Virus record (IMG/VR): IMGVR_UViG_3300042261_000762 | Coordinates: 40,108-104,107 of that record | Direction: 5' to 3' (one strand) | DNA length: 64,000 nt | DNA from: a virus | Shown: positions 17,901 through 28,538 of the stretch, piece by piece | Numbering within the stretch: the stretch's first letter is position 1 | How the letters are laid out: each line of letters starts with the position of its first letter | Program-made: the position numbers and the translations under genes | Notes under the pieces: generated by a model | What the model was told of the DNA's origin: nothing | The model's input: only the letters and a program-made list of their open reading frames with translations | Database searches by the model: none

Positions 17901-18902
17901 GTGATAACTAAGTTTAAATTATTTGAAGCCAATAAGTACACAGACTATGATCCTGATGGTAACTTTAACGTCGGTGATAGAGTCATTGTTAATGGTCATT
18001 ATGTTAATATAACTTTCAAGGGGGAATCAGGAACAATAATTAATTTTTATGAAGCCGGAGATAATAGTAAAAAAAGGGAGATTTTAATTAGATTTGACAG
18101 TAGATTTAATACAGATTTAATGTCGGGTGATAACAATGAAGATCCAAGTGGGACTTCATATTATGTCACTAGTGATTTGGTAGAATTGGAAGATAAAACT
18201 CCTGGGAAAATTAAATGGTATAGTAAGGGTCTTTGGGAGAAATATAATGAAATAGATCCATATAATGAAGAAGACTGGGATGACAAGAATCAAATATTTG
18301 TAATGTATAAAGGTTTTATGGCGGGCGAAGGACAAAGCTATCATTTACATGTAGTTGTTAATAAACATTATGGTGGAAACACAAACGGTCAATATCTTTG
18401 GGATGTAGATAAAAGAGGAATGCCTGATGTTGTTAAATGCGTTTCAGTATATGATCCACGTAGACATAAATTTGCTAGTAGTGAAGAAATAGAGAAATAT
18501 TTAGATTTAGAAAAATTAGAGTCGGTATTTAATTATAGAAATGGTGAAGTTAGAGAAAGTGTTAAATGGTATAAAAATGGAAATTTTGAAAATGAGCCAG
18601 AATGTAAACATGGTAAACATGAATATGTATTAACTCAGAAAGCAACATTTGATAAAAACACATTAAAACCATATTATAAAAATGAAATAAAATGTAAAAG
18701 ATGTGGTAGTGTTAAAAAATATTGTAAGCACGCTTGGTCATATTATGATCTAGTTACACAAGATAGGAATGGAAATAATAAAGTAAAACATTTGTTAAGA
18801 TGTACCAAATGTGGAGAGTATGAAACAGATTTATCAAAAATGCCAAAAGAAAAGGGTGATAGTTTTTCGACAAAAATTAAAAAAATAATCAAAAAGAAAT
18901 AA
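17901..18902 (+). CDS. Modular hypothetical protein (DPYNEE, KWY motifs, C-terminal Cys/His zinc ribbons)
   Basis: MITKFKLFEA; IKWYSKG; VKWYKNG; CKRCG; CTKCG. Confidence 0.8.
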   Translation: MITKFKLFEANKYTDYDPDGNFNVGDRVIVNGHYVNITFKGESGTIINFYEAGDNSKKREILIRFDSRFNTDLMSGDNNEDPSGTSYYVTSDLVELEDKTPGKIKWYSKGLWEKYNEIDPYNEEDWDDKNQIFVMYKGFMAGEGQSYHLHVVVNKHYGGNTNGQYLWDVDKRGMPDVVKCVSVYDPRRHKFASSEEIEKYLDLEKLESVFNYRNGEVRESVKWYKNGNFENEPECKHGKHEYVLTQKATFDKNTLKPYYKNEIKCKRCGSVKKYCKHAWSYYDLVTQDRNGNNKVKHLLRCTKCGEYETDLSKMPKEKGDSFSTKIKKIIKKK

Positions 18903-19319
18903 TTGATAACGAAATTCAAAATATTTGAAAATAACACATTTAGTTTTAAGTTGGATGATATTCTATCACGAAATAGAATGCAAACAAATAGTGAAGCTGA
19001 TCCTTACGGTGAAGAAGATTGGAATAATATTAATGAGGATTCTATAAAAAAAGAATTGATGGGAATAGTTTTAAATAGACACGTCGAGTTTAGAACTTTA
19101 TCATCAGAAGGACCTTTATATAATAAAAAAGTTATCAAGGGTGTTGTTAAAGATGTTATTGTCAAATGGATACCCCATCATCTTGAATATTGGATACTTT
19201 TTTTAATTAATGGTAAAAATCATTATGTTTATCCTAATTTAGATATAAAAGTTAAAGAAAATTTAATGGAACACATAGATATAGATCCTTATGGAGAAGA
19301 AAAATGGGATGAAGAATGA
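18903..19319 (+). CDS. DPYGEE-motif protein (two copies)
   Basis: MITKFKIFEN; ends IDPYGEEKWDEE*. Confidence 0.75.
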   Translation: MITKFKIFENNTFSFKLDDILSRNRMQTNSEADPYGEEDWNNINEDSIKKELMGIVLNRHVEFRTLSSEGPLYNKKVIKGVVKDVIVKWIPHHLEYWILFLINGKNHYVYPNLDIKVKENLMEHIDIDPYGEEKWDEE

Positions 19320-22300
19320 TAAAGAAATTTAAAATATTTAAGATAAATGAAGGAATGTCATTAAATGACATAATATCCAAAGCTGAGAACAAAGGATACG
19401 GTGGAGATATTAGATATATCAAAAAAGATCTAGAGAATAATTTTCTTAATAAAAGAGTCAGAATATATAAAAAAGGCAAACCTTATGTAGAAATAGATGT
19501 GGGAGCAATAGTTCGCGAAGGATTCACTTTTTATTTTGAGGCGTTGGAAGTTTTAGATATGGGAAATCGCGGCATGTATTGGAATTCTTATTCAGAAGCT
19601 GAGAAAAATACAATGATTGGTTTAGTAAAAGGACAAGATACTATTTTTATAAGAATAGACAGCGACGATGATATAGATATTATTGGTGAAGCGGATATTA
19701 AAAAGATAACAAGAAAGAAAGAACAGAGAAAATTAAGAGAATTAAAAAAAGACGTAGATCCTTATGGTGAAGAAGATTGGGGAGAAGACACTAATAAAGT
19801 AATATCTAAATATGATATAAATAGCCCAGATGGACAAGAAAATTTATACAAAAAAGGCGAGGAATATGAAATCGAAACAAACGCAATACACGGTGATCTT
19901 ATTGGAGTAAAAACAGAATTGTCATTTGGACAAAAATATGTTCATTATTTTAGAAGAGAAGACTTCAATGATTATTTTGATAGAATAACAGAATCAATTG
20001 AAAATTTAGATCCTTATGGCGAAGAAAATTGGAATGATGATGAATCTCAGCTTTTTTTGGATTCAATTACTCGATACTTAGATATAAATGCAAAAATACA
20101 TAATATTAAAGATAAATGGTATATTTATTTTGAAAAAGATGATGAATTTTATAAAATATGCAACAATGACGCTGGAAAAATACTTTTATATAATCGCACA
20201 AATCATCATTCAATTGAATTAGTTGATAATGATATAGGTACAAAATTCGATTGGCTAAATATTAGATTAGCTATGCAAAAATTAGAACATAAAAAATCCT
20301 ATGCAAAATTTCAAAATGAAAAAAGAGATTATAAAGACGTTGATCCTTATGGTGAAGAAATTTGGGCTGAAGAAGATGAATATAATTGGATTTATATTAA
20401 TGATCCATATGCTGAAGATGCTAATCCAACATTGAATTTATTAGAGCAACAAATAGGTAAATTTATTGTATTTAAGATTGATTGGACAAATGAATATAAA
20501 GAAGGAGTTTTACAATCTGTTATGATTAATGTGCTTGGAGAAATAGAATTGGAGGTTGATAATCATTTTTATCTATTAGACGAAAGAGAAAGAATAGGAG
20601 TAGCAAAGGAAAATATAATAACGGAACAGTATGATGAACAAGATCCATATGGTGAGGAAATTTGGAATGAAGATCCAAAATTTCAAATAGGAGATAGAGT
20701 AGAATTTGCAAAAGATCCACCCAATAGATCATATTATTATCTGATTGAAGAATTTTTCCCGGATGATCGATCGTATAGATTGAGCATACACGATAAAAAT
20801 ACCAATGAAAGATTTCCTGGTCATGTTTTGATAGATGAATTTAATTTAAAATTAGAAAATATAAAGGAAGAATTCAAGTGGAGAAATAAAAACTATATTT
20901 ATTATACTCAAACATTTATGGATAATAATAAAGTCAATAGAATAATGGAAAAAATTAGTCCTGAATGGATTACTAATAATCCTGTGGCTTTTGAAACATA
21001 CAATAATAAATTATACTTAACTGAGGGACATCATAGATTTGAGGCTTGTTTAAGAAAGAATGATAAAAATTTATTAGAAACTTTATTTAAAACTGCTTTA
21101 TATTATCCAGTGAAAAGAGAACCTAGAAAATTTAAGAAAAAATATATTCCTGAAGATATTAAAATGATAAAAGAAAATAAAGAAATAACAGACGAAAAGA
21201 TAAAAGCAACCATTGATTTTATTTCTAAAACAATAAAAGGCACTGAATGGGAAGGTAAAGTTTATATGGCTGGCGGCGGCGTTAGAGACGAACTCATGGG
21301 CAGAACTTCAAAAGATATAGATTTACTTATTAATGTACCAGACGGCGGAATAAACTTTGCTATATGGTTTACAAAGAAATTGAAAATATACAGAGAAGAT
21401 AAAAATCCTGTTATCTATCCAAGATTTGGAACCGCTAAATTTACTCTAAGAAAACAAAAACATAACGGATTAGATTTATCAGGAATTGATATTGAATGTG
21501 TTATGCCAAGAAAAGAAACTTATACTGAAGGAAGTAGAGATCCAGAGGTAAGTCAAGGCACACTTAAAGATGATGTCGATAGGAGAGATTTTACAGTTAA
21601 TAGTTTGTTGAAAGATTTATCTACTGGGGAAATTCTAGACTTAACAGGAATGGGTAAAGAAGATATTAAAAGGGGAATAGTGAGAACTTCACTTAATCCT
21701 GATGTTATTTTTACTGAAGATCCTTTAAGAATGTTAAGAGCTATAAGATTCACAGTTAAATGTGATTGGGATTTACCTTTATTTATGATTAGAGCCTTAA
21801 AGAAGAACGCAAAACAACTTCAAATAATATCTTCAGAGAGAGTTCAAGATGAATTGAACAAAATGTTATTAACAGGTCATCCTGATAAGGCTATAAGATT
21901 ACTTCAGATAACGGGGTTGAGTAAATATATTTTCCCTGAACTTGATAAACTTATAAAAATGAAACAAAACAAGCATCATAAATATGATGCTATGCGTCAT
22001 TCTTTAGAAGTATTAAAGAATACTCCTCCAGATCTTGTAACAAGATTGTCTGCTTTATTACACGATATAGGTAAAAGTAAAACAAGAGAAATAATTGATA
22101 ATGAAGTTCATTTTTATGAGCATGAAAGGATTGGCGCATTTATGGTAAGGGATATATTAAAAAGGTTGAGATATCCAAAAGAAATAATAAATGCTGTTGT
22201 TATTGCAGTTGAAAATCACATGAAAACAAAACAGTCTGGAGATAAGGGAGATTTAAGTGATAGATCTTTAAGAAAATTGAAACAAGATTTGGGTCCACAT

Positions 22301-22630
22301 CTTCAACAAACATTAGATTTAATTCACGCTGATAATATATCACATTCAGAAGAATCTAACATGCCAAATCAAGTAACTAATATCTTAAAAAGATTTGCTG
22401 ATTTGGAAGAAAGAGATAAACAAAAACAAAAACCAAATCCTTTAACTGGCAGCGAAGTAATGAAAATACTTGATATTAAAGAAGGACCAAAGGGTCCAGA
22501 AGATTCTAAAATGCGTCCTATTGTAGGAAAAATATTAAGATTATTGGGCGATATGTATTTAGATGACCCACATATGAGTAAAGAAGAATTAACTGAAATA
22601 GTCAAAAAATCATACGAAGAATATAAATGA
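19316..22630 (+). CDS. Multi-module protein ending in a CCA-adding enzyme/poly(A) polymerase with HD domain
   Basis: AGGGVRD...DIDL, RRDFTVN, EDPLRMLRAIRF, ERVQDEL, LLHDIGK; about 620-aa N-terminal extension with four DPYGEE motifs and a ParB-like EGHHR. Confidence 0.9.
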   Translation: MIKKFKIFKINEGMSLNDIISKAENKGYGGDIRYIKKDLENNFLNKRVRIYKKGKPYVEIDVGAIVREGFTFYFEALEVLDMGNRGMYWNSYSEAEKNTMIGLVKGQDTIFIRIDSDDDIDIIGEADIKKITRKKEQRKLRELKKDVDPYGEEDWGEDTNKVISKYDINSPDGQENLYKKGEEYEIETNAIHGDLIGVKTELSFGQKYVHYFRREDFNDYFDRITESIENLDPYGEENWNDDESQLFLDSITRYLDINAKIHNIKDKWYIYFEKDDEFYKICNNDAGKILLYNRTNHHSIELVDNDIGTKFDWLNIRLAMQKLEHKKSYAKFQNEKRDYKDVDPYGEEIWAEEDEYNWIYINDPYAEDANPTLNLLEQQIGKFIVFKIDWTNEYKEGVLQSVMINVLGEIELEVDNHFYLLDERERIGVAKENIITEQYDEQDPYGEEIWNEDPKFQIGDRVEFAKDPPNRSYYYLIEEFFPDDRSYRLSIHDKNTNERFPGHVLIDEFNLKLENIKEEFKWRNKNYIYYTQTFMDNNKVNRIMEKISPEWITNNPVAFETYNNKLYLTEGHHRFEACLRKNDKNLLETLFKTALYYPVKREPRKFKKKYIPEDIKMIKENKEITDEKIKATIDFISKTIKGTEWEGKVYMAGGGVRDELMGRTSKDIDLLINVPDGGINFAIWFTKKLKIYREDKNPVIYPRFGTAKFTLRKQKHNGLDLSGIDIECVMPRKETYTEGSRDPEVSQGTLKDDVDRRDFTVNSLLKDLSTGEILDLTGMGKEDIKRGIVRTSLNPDVIFTEDPLRMLRAIRFTVKCDWDLPLFMIRALKKNAKQLQIISSERVQDELNKMLLTGHPDKAIRLLQITGLSKYIFPELDKLIKMKQNKHHKYDAMRHSLEVLKNTPPDLVTRLSALLHDIGKSKTREIIDNEVHFYEHERIGAFMVRDILKRLRYPKEIINAVVIAVENHMKTKQSGDKGDLSDRSLRKLKQDLGPHLQQTLDLIHADNISHSEESNMPNQVTNILKRFADLEERDKQKQKPNPLTGSEVMKILDIKEGPKGPEDSKMRPIVGKILRLLGDMYLDDPHMSKEELTEIVKKSYEEYK

Positions 22631-23529
22631 AAGAATCTCTAATTACATATAAAGATTATAAAAGAAAAAGAAATTTCGCTATATGTGTTCATGATGTGGT
22701 CGAATACGATTATTTAATGGATTTTTTAGAAGACAATAATTTTATATGGGGTGGATCAAGAACTCCCGTTAGGGATTTAAATCTCGCTAGATATATTGGA
22801 GTTGAAGGAATATATATTTATATATCTTCATATAAAACTATTTCTTGGTCTGGATCATATCCCAAATCTGAAAAAGTTGTACAATTTAATGATTTTTTTG
22901 TTAGAAGCAATATGAAAAAAATAGAAAGACCTGATCAAGATCCTTATAATGAAGAAGATTGGGGATATGAAACAAATGAACAATCTGACGCGGAACAATA
23001 TGCAAAATTTCAAGATTATTATGGTAGATTAAAGGCTAAAAAAGAAGATGACGATTTATTTCCAATATTTAAAGTTGGAGATGAAGTAACTCCTGAAGAT
23101 CCATATGGTGAAGAAGATTGGTCTGATAATTTTTATGAAAAAATGACAATTAAATTTTCAAGATTTTCTAAAATACAAGAAAATTCAAAGGATGAAGAAA
23201 TAATTTATATGAAAAATTTGTATGAAGAATATGATTATGTGTCTGATATTATAGAATATCTTAAACCGAAAATAATTGGTCATGAAATTAAAATTCAAAA
23301 AAGAGATGAGAAAGGAGGGTGGAAAGATTTTATATTTGGATTAAATATTAATTATTATATTGAAAATATTTCAGGACATTATAATGATGATTTGAAAATA
23401 ACATTATTAGTTAAACCAAAAGAAATTGGATGGGTTATGATTGATGAAAATTGTATATTAATAATAAAACCAATAGTTCGGGTTTTTTCTAAAAGCGATC
23501 CTTATGGTGAAGAAGTTTGGGAAATGTAA
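22627..23529 (+). CDS. DPYGEE-motif protein (three copies)
   Basis: DPYNEEDW, DPYGEEDW and terminal DPYGEEVWEM*. Confidence 0.8.
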   Translation: MKESLITYKDYKRKRNFAICVHDVVEYDYLMDFLEDNNFIWGGSRTPVRDLNLARYIGVEGIYIYISSYKTISWSGSYPKSEKVVQFNDFFVRSNMKKIERPDQDPYNEEDWGYETNEQSDAEQYAKFQDYYGRLKAKKEDDDLFPIFKVGDEVTPEDPYGEEDWSDNFYEKMTIKFSRFSKIQENSKDEEIIYMKNLYEEYDYVSDIIEYLKPKIIGHEIKIQKRDEKGGWKDFIFGLNINYYIENISGHYNDDLKITLLVKPKEIGWVMIDENCILIIKPIVRVFSKSDPYGEEVWEM

Positions 23530-23664
23530 AAAAGAATAGAAATAATGAGAGATTGGTTTTTTCTTTTATATTTTGGAATAATAGGATTTATAGCAATAAT
23601 ATTCATGTTCCTATCTTATATGGGAATTTTATTATATTATCCAATATATTTATTAATAAAAAAA

Positions 23665-24882
23665 TTATAATATAGGATATACTATTTCTGGAAATACTTG
23701 AAGTATTTCTTCCTTCTTGTTTTCATAAGGAATCTGATTTAGTATATATCTCATAGCATTCAATTTAGCAAACCTCTTATCGTTGGAATCTACAATAATC
23801 CAAGGCGATTTCTCTGTCGAAGTCTTTCTAAACATTTCTTCTTTATAAGCAGAGAAAGCATCCCATTTTTCCATAGCCTTAGCATCATTTGGACTAAATT
23901 TCCAATATTTCAATGGACTGGTTTGTCTCAATTTAAATCTTATTTTCTGAGTACTGTCTGTTATAGAAAACCAGAACTTAATTAGATAATAACCACTATC
24001 TATCATTTTATATTCAAATGGTAATACTTCTTGCATAAATTCTTTATATTGTTCCGTTGTACAATATCCCATTACTGGTTCGACGACAGCCCTATTATAC
24101 CAGCTTCTATCATAAAATGCTATTTGTTGACTACTTGGAAGAACTTCCAAATATCTTTTAAACCAATTTTTCTTCTCTTCATCTGAAGGTATTCCGAATG
24201 TATTTATTCTATATGAATTTGGTGGAAGATTTTCAACAGCACTCTTTATAAAAGATCCTTTACCCGCAGCGTCTCTTCCTTCTAATACAATGATGAGTTT
24301 TTTATTATTTGATTTCAACCATTCTAACATATGTAACAATTCAATATGTAATTGTGCCTTTTCAATTTCAAATCTATTTCTCTTCATTCTAAATCTTGGC
24401 GCTTCAGCAACTACTTTTCTCCATTCATCAAATTCTTTTCCACTTAAATATGGATCATAGTAAACGTCTTCAGTGTCTATATCATCGTGAGTATCTTTTA
24501 TATCAATATTTTGTTCTTGGTTGTACATTATTTTCAATCTCTTAGGAATAGTTGATATATAGTCATTAAAATAAACATCAATTTTCTTTTCCTTCCCCTT
24601 TAACATTAGGTTATTAATTCCTCTGAAAAAAGTGTCAATATTTAATTCTTCAACTACTTTTCTATCAACAGTGCCTTCTATTTCTTGAAGTAAAGCTTTA
24701 TCAATTTTTCTGATTTCGCCTTTCATTATTTTATTCTTATATGATGTAAGAATTCTAATAAGATCTGTTTCTAATTTTTCAATATCGTCTTGACTATCGA
24801 AATAAGATCTAATGTTATGAAGAAGTTTAGTAAATTCCTTCTTTAAGTCCTCATTGAGAAATTCACCATAGTTATTTATCAT
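23665..24882 (-). CDS. ppk2: Polyphosphate kinase 2 with N-terminal extension
   Basis: EGRDAAGKG Walker A, DRSWYNRA, WKFSPND. Confidence 0.93.
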   Translation of the reverse strand: MINNYGEFLNEDLKKEFTKLLHNIRSYFDSQDDIEKLETDLIRILTSYKNKIMKGEIRKIDKALLQEIEGTVDRKVVEELNIDTFFRGINNLMLKGKEKKIDVYFNDYISTIPKRLKIMYNQEQNIDIKDTHDDIDTEDVYYDPYLSGKEFDEWRKVVAEAPRFRMKRNRFEIEKAQLHIELLHMLEWLKSNNKKLIIVLEGRDAAGKGSFIKSAVENLPPNSYRINTFGIPSDEEKKNWFKRYLEVLPSSQQIAFYDRSWYNRAVVEPVMGYCTTEQYKEFMQEVLPFEYKMIDSGYYLIKFWFSITDSTQKIRFKLRQTSPLKYWKFSPNDAKAMEKWDAFSAYKEEMFRKTSTEKSPWIIVDSNDKRFAKLNAMRYILNQIPYENKKEEILQVFPEIVYPIL

Positions 24883-24964
24883 TTAAAAGAATGCTTTTTC
24901 TTTCTATATATAAAAATATTTTTTCTAAAAATAAACTTTAATACGATGATTACATATCATATTT

Positions 24965-25432
24965 ATGAAAAAGCTATTATTAACTCTGTTATCATTCTTG
25001 GCTTCCGTAATTGTCTTTGGCCAAGTTCAGTTTGATCAAATGATCAACATCGACGACTATTTAGGTCTCAATAAACAACAAATTAAAAAGGTAATGAAAT
25101 CTGAAGGTATAAAACCAAACATTTCAGATAAATTATATGTTATTGTTAATGAAAAAGGAAGTTGGGATTTAGATGAAAAGAATTACTCTTATATATTTGA
25201 CTATGATGATTATCATATAATATCATCATTTAATAATATTACAGATAAATGTGTTCGCACACACGTAAAAACTAAAATAGATTATTTTTATGATTATGTT
25301 AAATTATTTGATAAAACATACAAGAGAAGTAATAGCGATTTAGTTTGGTATGGTGCAGATGTAAAAATAGTTATACACTTTATAATATCAGAAGACAAAT
25401 ATTATATGGGAATATATTACGAAAAACAATAA
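24965..25432 (+). CDS. Secreted hypothetical protein
   Basis: Signal peptide MKKLLLTLLSFLASVIVFGQ. Confidence 0.75.
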   Translation: MKKLLLTLLSFLASVIVFGQVQFDQMINIDDYLGLNKQQIKKVMKSEGIKPNISDKLYVIVNEKGSWDLDEKNYSYIFDYDDYHIISSFNNITDKCVRTHVKTKIDYFYDYVKLFDKTYKRSNSDLVWYGADVKIVIHFIISEDKYYMGIYYEKQ

Positions 25433-25448
25433 AAAATAACTAAAAAAG

Positions 25449-25640
25449 ATGGAAGTAAAAGAATTGCAATTTATTAAAGGAAAAACCTTAAATGAAGCTA
25501 AGAAATTAGTTGAACCATTCTGGATTGAAGAAACCAGAGTTGATGGAGTTGATAAATATGTTTCGGCTGAGCTACATAAGAAAAGAATTTTAGTTGAAAC
25601 TTCCAAAGGAATAATTACAAAAATTATAGGAAATTATTAA
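25449..25640 (+). CDS. Small protein, possibly protease-inhibitor I78-like fold
   Basis: GKTLNEAKK...KRILVETSKGIITKI pattern. Confidence 0.5.
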   Translation: MEVKELQFIKGKTLNEAKKLVEPFWIEETRVDGVDKYVSAELHKKRILVETSKGIITKIIGNY

Positions 25641-25671
25641 AATAAATATTAAATTTGTAAAAAGAAAAGTT

Positions 25672-26166
25672 ATGAAGAAAATTTTTATGACATTGATTGG
25701 TATTGTATTTACAATAACCACTTTATTTGGACAAACTTTCATTGGCATGGATAAGAAAGATGTAATGAAAGATATTAAAGTTAACGCTAAGAGTATTGGA
25801 AAGCCTGAAAAGGATGATAGAGGTTATTACTCTATTACTGCTAAATTTGATAATAACACAAACATGTATTCATTTACCGATGAAGATATGTGTTATTTCT
25901 ACATGATTATGGAATATTATAGTTTAGAAAGATATAACTTTACTCTAAATTATTACGACCAAAATTATTTGAGAATTTATGATGATAGAAAAGAAAATAA
26001 ATTTGATAATACTGTAACTATTTGGAAAGAACCAAAAGGAGAAACTCTCATCTATAGATGGATTGTAGTAAATTATAATACTGGTGTCATGTACACACTC
26101 TATCTAACAAAAGAAAATTACGAGAATAATAAATATTCTTATTTGAAATCACTATTAGGGAGTTAA
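25672..26166 (+). CDS. Secreted hypothetical protein
   Basis: Signal peptide MKKIFMTLIGIVFTITTLFGQ. Confidence 0.75.
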   Translation: MKKIFMTLIGIVFTITTLFGQTFIGMDKKDVMKDIKVNAKSIGKPEKDDRGYYSITAKFDNNTNMYSFTDEDMCYFYMIMEYYSLERYNFTLNYYDQNYLRIYDDRKENKFDNTVTIWKEPKGETLIYRWIVVNYNTGVMYTLYLTKENYENNKYSYLKSLLGS

Positions 26167-26168
26167 AA

Positions 26169-26692
26169 ATGAAAATAAGAATAAATAAAGCCGGGAATAA
26201 AAAACATCTTCGTACAAGATAACGAATCAAAATCTAAAAAAAGGGACACTGAGGGGATTACACTTTCAGTGTCCTCCTTTTGAACAAGGAAAATTAGTTA
26301 GAGTTATAAATGGTTCGGCGAGTGGTATAAGAACTTAGTAAATGAAGAATTTGATGTTGATGTTGTGACAAGATACATCGGTTATTGATTTCGCTGTAGA
26401 TTTAAGGAAAAATTCACCAACTTACGGTAAATGGACATCCGCTACACTAACATCTGAAAATAAACATATATTCTGGGTGCCACCGGGATTTGCACACGGT
26501 TTTGTGGCATTAGAAGATGATACAGTTTTTTCTTATAAATGTACAAATGTATATAATAAAGAATCCGAAAGATGTATAATATGGAATGATGAGGATTTAA
26601 ATATAGATTGGCAAATAAAATCCCCAATATTATCGTTAAAAGATACTATGGGGATTTCATTTAAAGATTTTGAATCGCCTTTTATTCTATAG
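26169..26692 (+). pseudogene. rmlC: dTDP-4-dehydrorhamnose 3,5-epimerase, disrupted
   Basis: FVQDNESKSKKGTLRGLHFQ...QGKLVRV, VDLRKNSPTYGKW, WVPPGFAHGF; N-terminus shortened and frameshifted; 63-nt insert with stops at 26318-26380. Confidence 0.85.
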
Positions 26693-27701
26693 ATTTCATA
26701 GTTTTTAGAATTTTTCTTGTTACTCTATAAGGATCCATATTTGAAGCCGGTCTTCTATCTTCCAAATACCCCTTCCAATCATTTAAAGGAACAGATATAG
26801 GAATTCTAATTGATGCTCCTCTATCAGATAATCCATAAGAAAAAGTATTTATATCAGCAGTTTCATGATGCCCTGTCAATCTTTCATCATTATTTGACCC
26901 ATAAGCCAAGATATGTTCATCGTGGTTTTTTCTTAAAGCTTCACATATACTTGTAAAATATTCTCTGCCTCCTTCATCTCTCATTTTAGTATTCGAAAAA
27001 TTAACGTGACACCCACTCCCATTCCAGTTTCCTTTAACTGGTTTTGGGTGAAGTTCTATTTTTAGACTATATTTTTCTGATAATCTATTTAATAAATACC
27101 TAGCCAACCAGAGATCGTCCGATGCTTGTTGTGCCCCTTTTCCAAATAACTGAAATTCCCACTGTCCAAGTAATACTTCAGCATTTATCCCTGTTACATC
27201 AAGACCAGATTCTAAACAGGCATCTAGGTGTTCTTCAACTAATTGTCTAGCCTCAACGTGTCCGTGACCTACTGAGCAATAATACATACCTTGTCCTTCT
27301 GGATAACCATTTTCAGGAAAACCAACTGGTCTATTTGTTTTAGGATTTATTAGTGTATATTCTTGTTCAAACCCCCACCAAAAATCACTATCATTTGAAT
27401 ATTCGTTTAATTTTGCCCTTCTATTAGAGATATGTGGCGTTCTGTCTGGATTAAGAACTTCGCACATAACAAGAAAAGCATTTTTTCTCTGTGGATCTTT
27501 TATCATTCTAACTGGTTTTATCAAACAATCAGAAGAATGACCGTCTGCTTGTTGAGTTGAACTTCCATCGAAACTCCACTCTGGCAATTGCCACGGATAT
27601 TGAAATTCTTCTTTTAGAACTTTAGTTTTGGATCTAAGATTTGGGTCGGGTCTGTACCCATCTAACCAAATATATTCATAACGGTATTTCTCAAGTATCA
27701 T
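26682..27701 (-). CDS. glnII: Glutamine synthetase type II
   Basis: EYIWLDG, LRSKTK, WSFDGSST, GINAEV...QWEFQ, WNGSGCH, RLTGHHET, EDRRPASN. Confidence 0.95.
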   Translation of the reverse strand: MILEKYRYEYIWLDGYRPDPNLRSKTKVLKEEFQYPWQLPEWSFDGSSTQQADGHSSDCLIKPVRMIKDPQRKNAFLVMCEVLNPDRTPHISNRRAKLNEYSNDSDFWWGFEQEYTLINPKTNRPVGFPENGYPEGQGMYYCSVGHGHVEARQLVEEHLDACLESGLDVTGINAEVLLGQWEFQLFGKGAQQASDDLWLARYLLNRLSEKYSLKIELHPKPVKGNWNGSGCHVNFSNTKMRDEGGREYFTSICEALRKNHDEHILAYGSNNDERLTGHHETADINTFSYGLSDRGASIRIPISVPLNDWKGYLEDRRPASNMDPYRVTRKILKTMKSIE

Positions 27702-27728
27702 TCTTTATAATTTATTTTTTAAAAACAG

Positions 27729-27755
27729 AAAAGGGTGGAATTATCCACCCTTTTT
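27729..27755. terminator. Intrinsic terminator
   Basis: AAAAGGGTGGA-atta-TCCACCCTTTT. Confidence 0.8.
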
Positions 27756-27894
27756 AGTTTATGTTTTTATTGTAATTAATTTCATATATCTTATATATTA
27801 AAAATATTTTTTTGTTTATTTTAATCGACTTCTGACCAGTTACATATTCTTTCCCGCTGAAGCTTTCATTTGATTTAATTTTAAAGACATATTT

Positions 27895-28140
27895 TTACCA
27901 AGATGAAGCGAATTTTTTATCTCCCCAGTGAAAATCAATAAAATTAACTTTACACGGTTTTCCTATTAATCTAATATAATATGTGTTATCTTCAAAACCA
28001 AAGGTGTCTTGAAGACAATCCATAATAGTAGATTTCCCTGCACCGTTATCTATTTTTTCTAGAAATATAAAATCTTTTAATGTTTTCTTGGTTACTTCTT
28101 CTTCCTCAGTATGTTGTTCGTTGAATTTTAAAACTTTCAT
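27895..28140 (-). CDS. Small protein with isolated P-loop-like segment
   Basis: MKVLKFNE start; DNGAGKST. Confidence 0.6.
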   Translation of the reverse strand: MKVLKFNEQHTEEEEVTKKTLKDFIFLEKIDNGAGKSTIMDCLQDTFGFEDNTYYIRLIGKPCKVNFIDFHWGDKKFASSW

Positions 28141-28535
28141 TTGAAGTCATTGTATTTTTTTATTCTTTCATCGACGGAATCTTTTCCATACCACTTTATA
28201 TTTCCACCGTTGAAATTATTAGCATCCATTTCATTTAATAATTCATCTTTATATTCTTGTGCTTTTTTCTTAGTTCCTTTGGAATAATATCCTCCTTTGT
28301 AATTAATTATATGATCTAAAGTATTTTTTATAAATTCCTCTGCAGTCGTTACTCTTGTGCCGACTACTTTCATGTTTTCTCCTTCTACTGTAATAGATCC
28401 ATTACAACACTCACCCCATCCTTCTTCCATTAAATCTTGATCCATTTCTGTTAATCTCTCAGATTCAAACCAACGAGGATAAGCTGATCCATCTCCACCA
28501 TTACCGACTGAATACCATAAAGTTAATTTTGCCAT
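28137..28535 (-). CDS. Hypothetical protein
   Basis: IKWYGKD motif; C-terminal RIKKYNDFK. Confidence 0.75.
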   Translation of the reverse strand: MAKLTLWYSVGNGGDGSAYPRWFESERLTEMDQDLMEEGWGECCNGSITVEGENMKVVGTRVTTAEEFIKNTLDHIINYKGGYYSKGTKKKAQEYKDELLNEMDANNFNGGNIKWYGKDSVDERIKKYNDFK

Positions 28536-28538
28536 ATC

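Noticed and set aside
26315-26381. Translational bypassing (T4 gene 60-like) between matched TCG codons in rmlC
   Set aside because: No stop or hairpin directly after the take-off codon, and the gene is independently truncated and frameshifted upstream.
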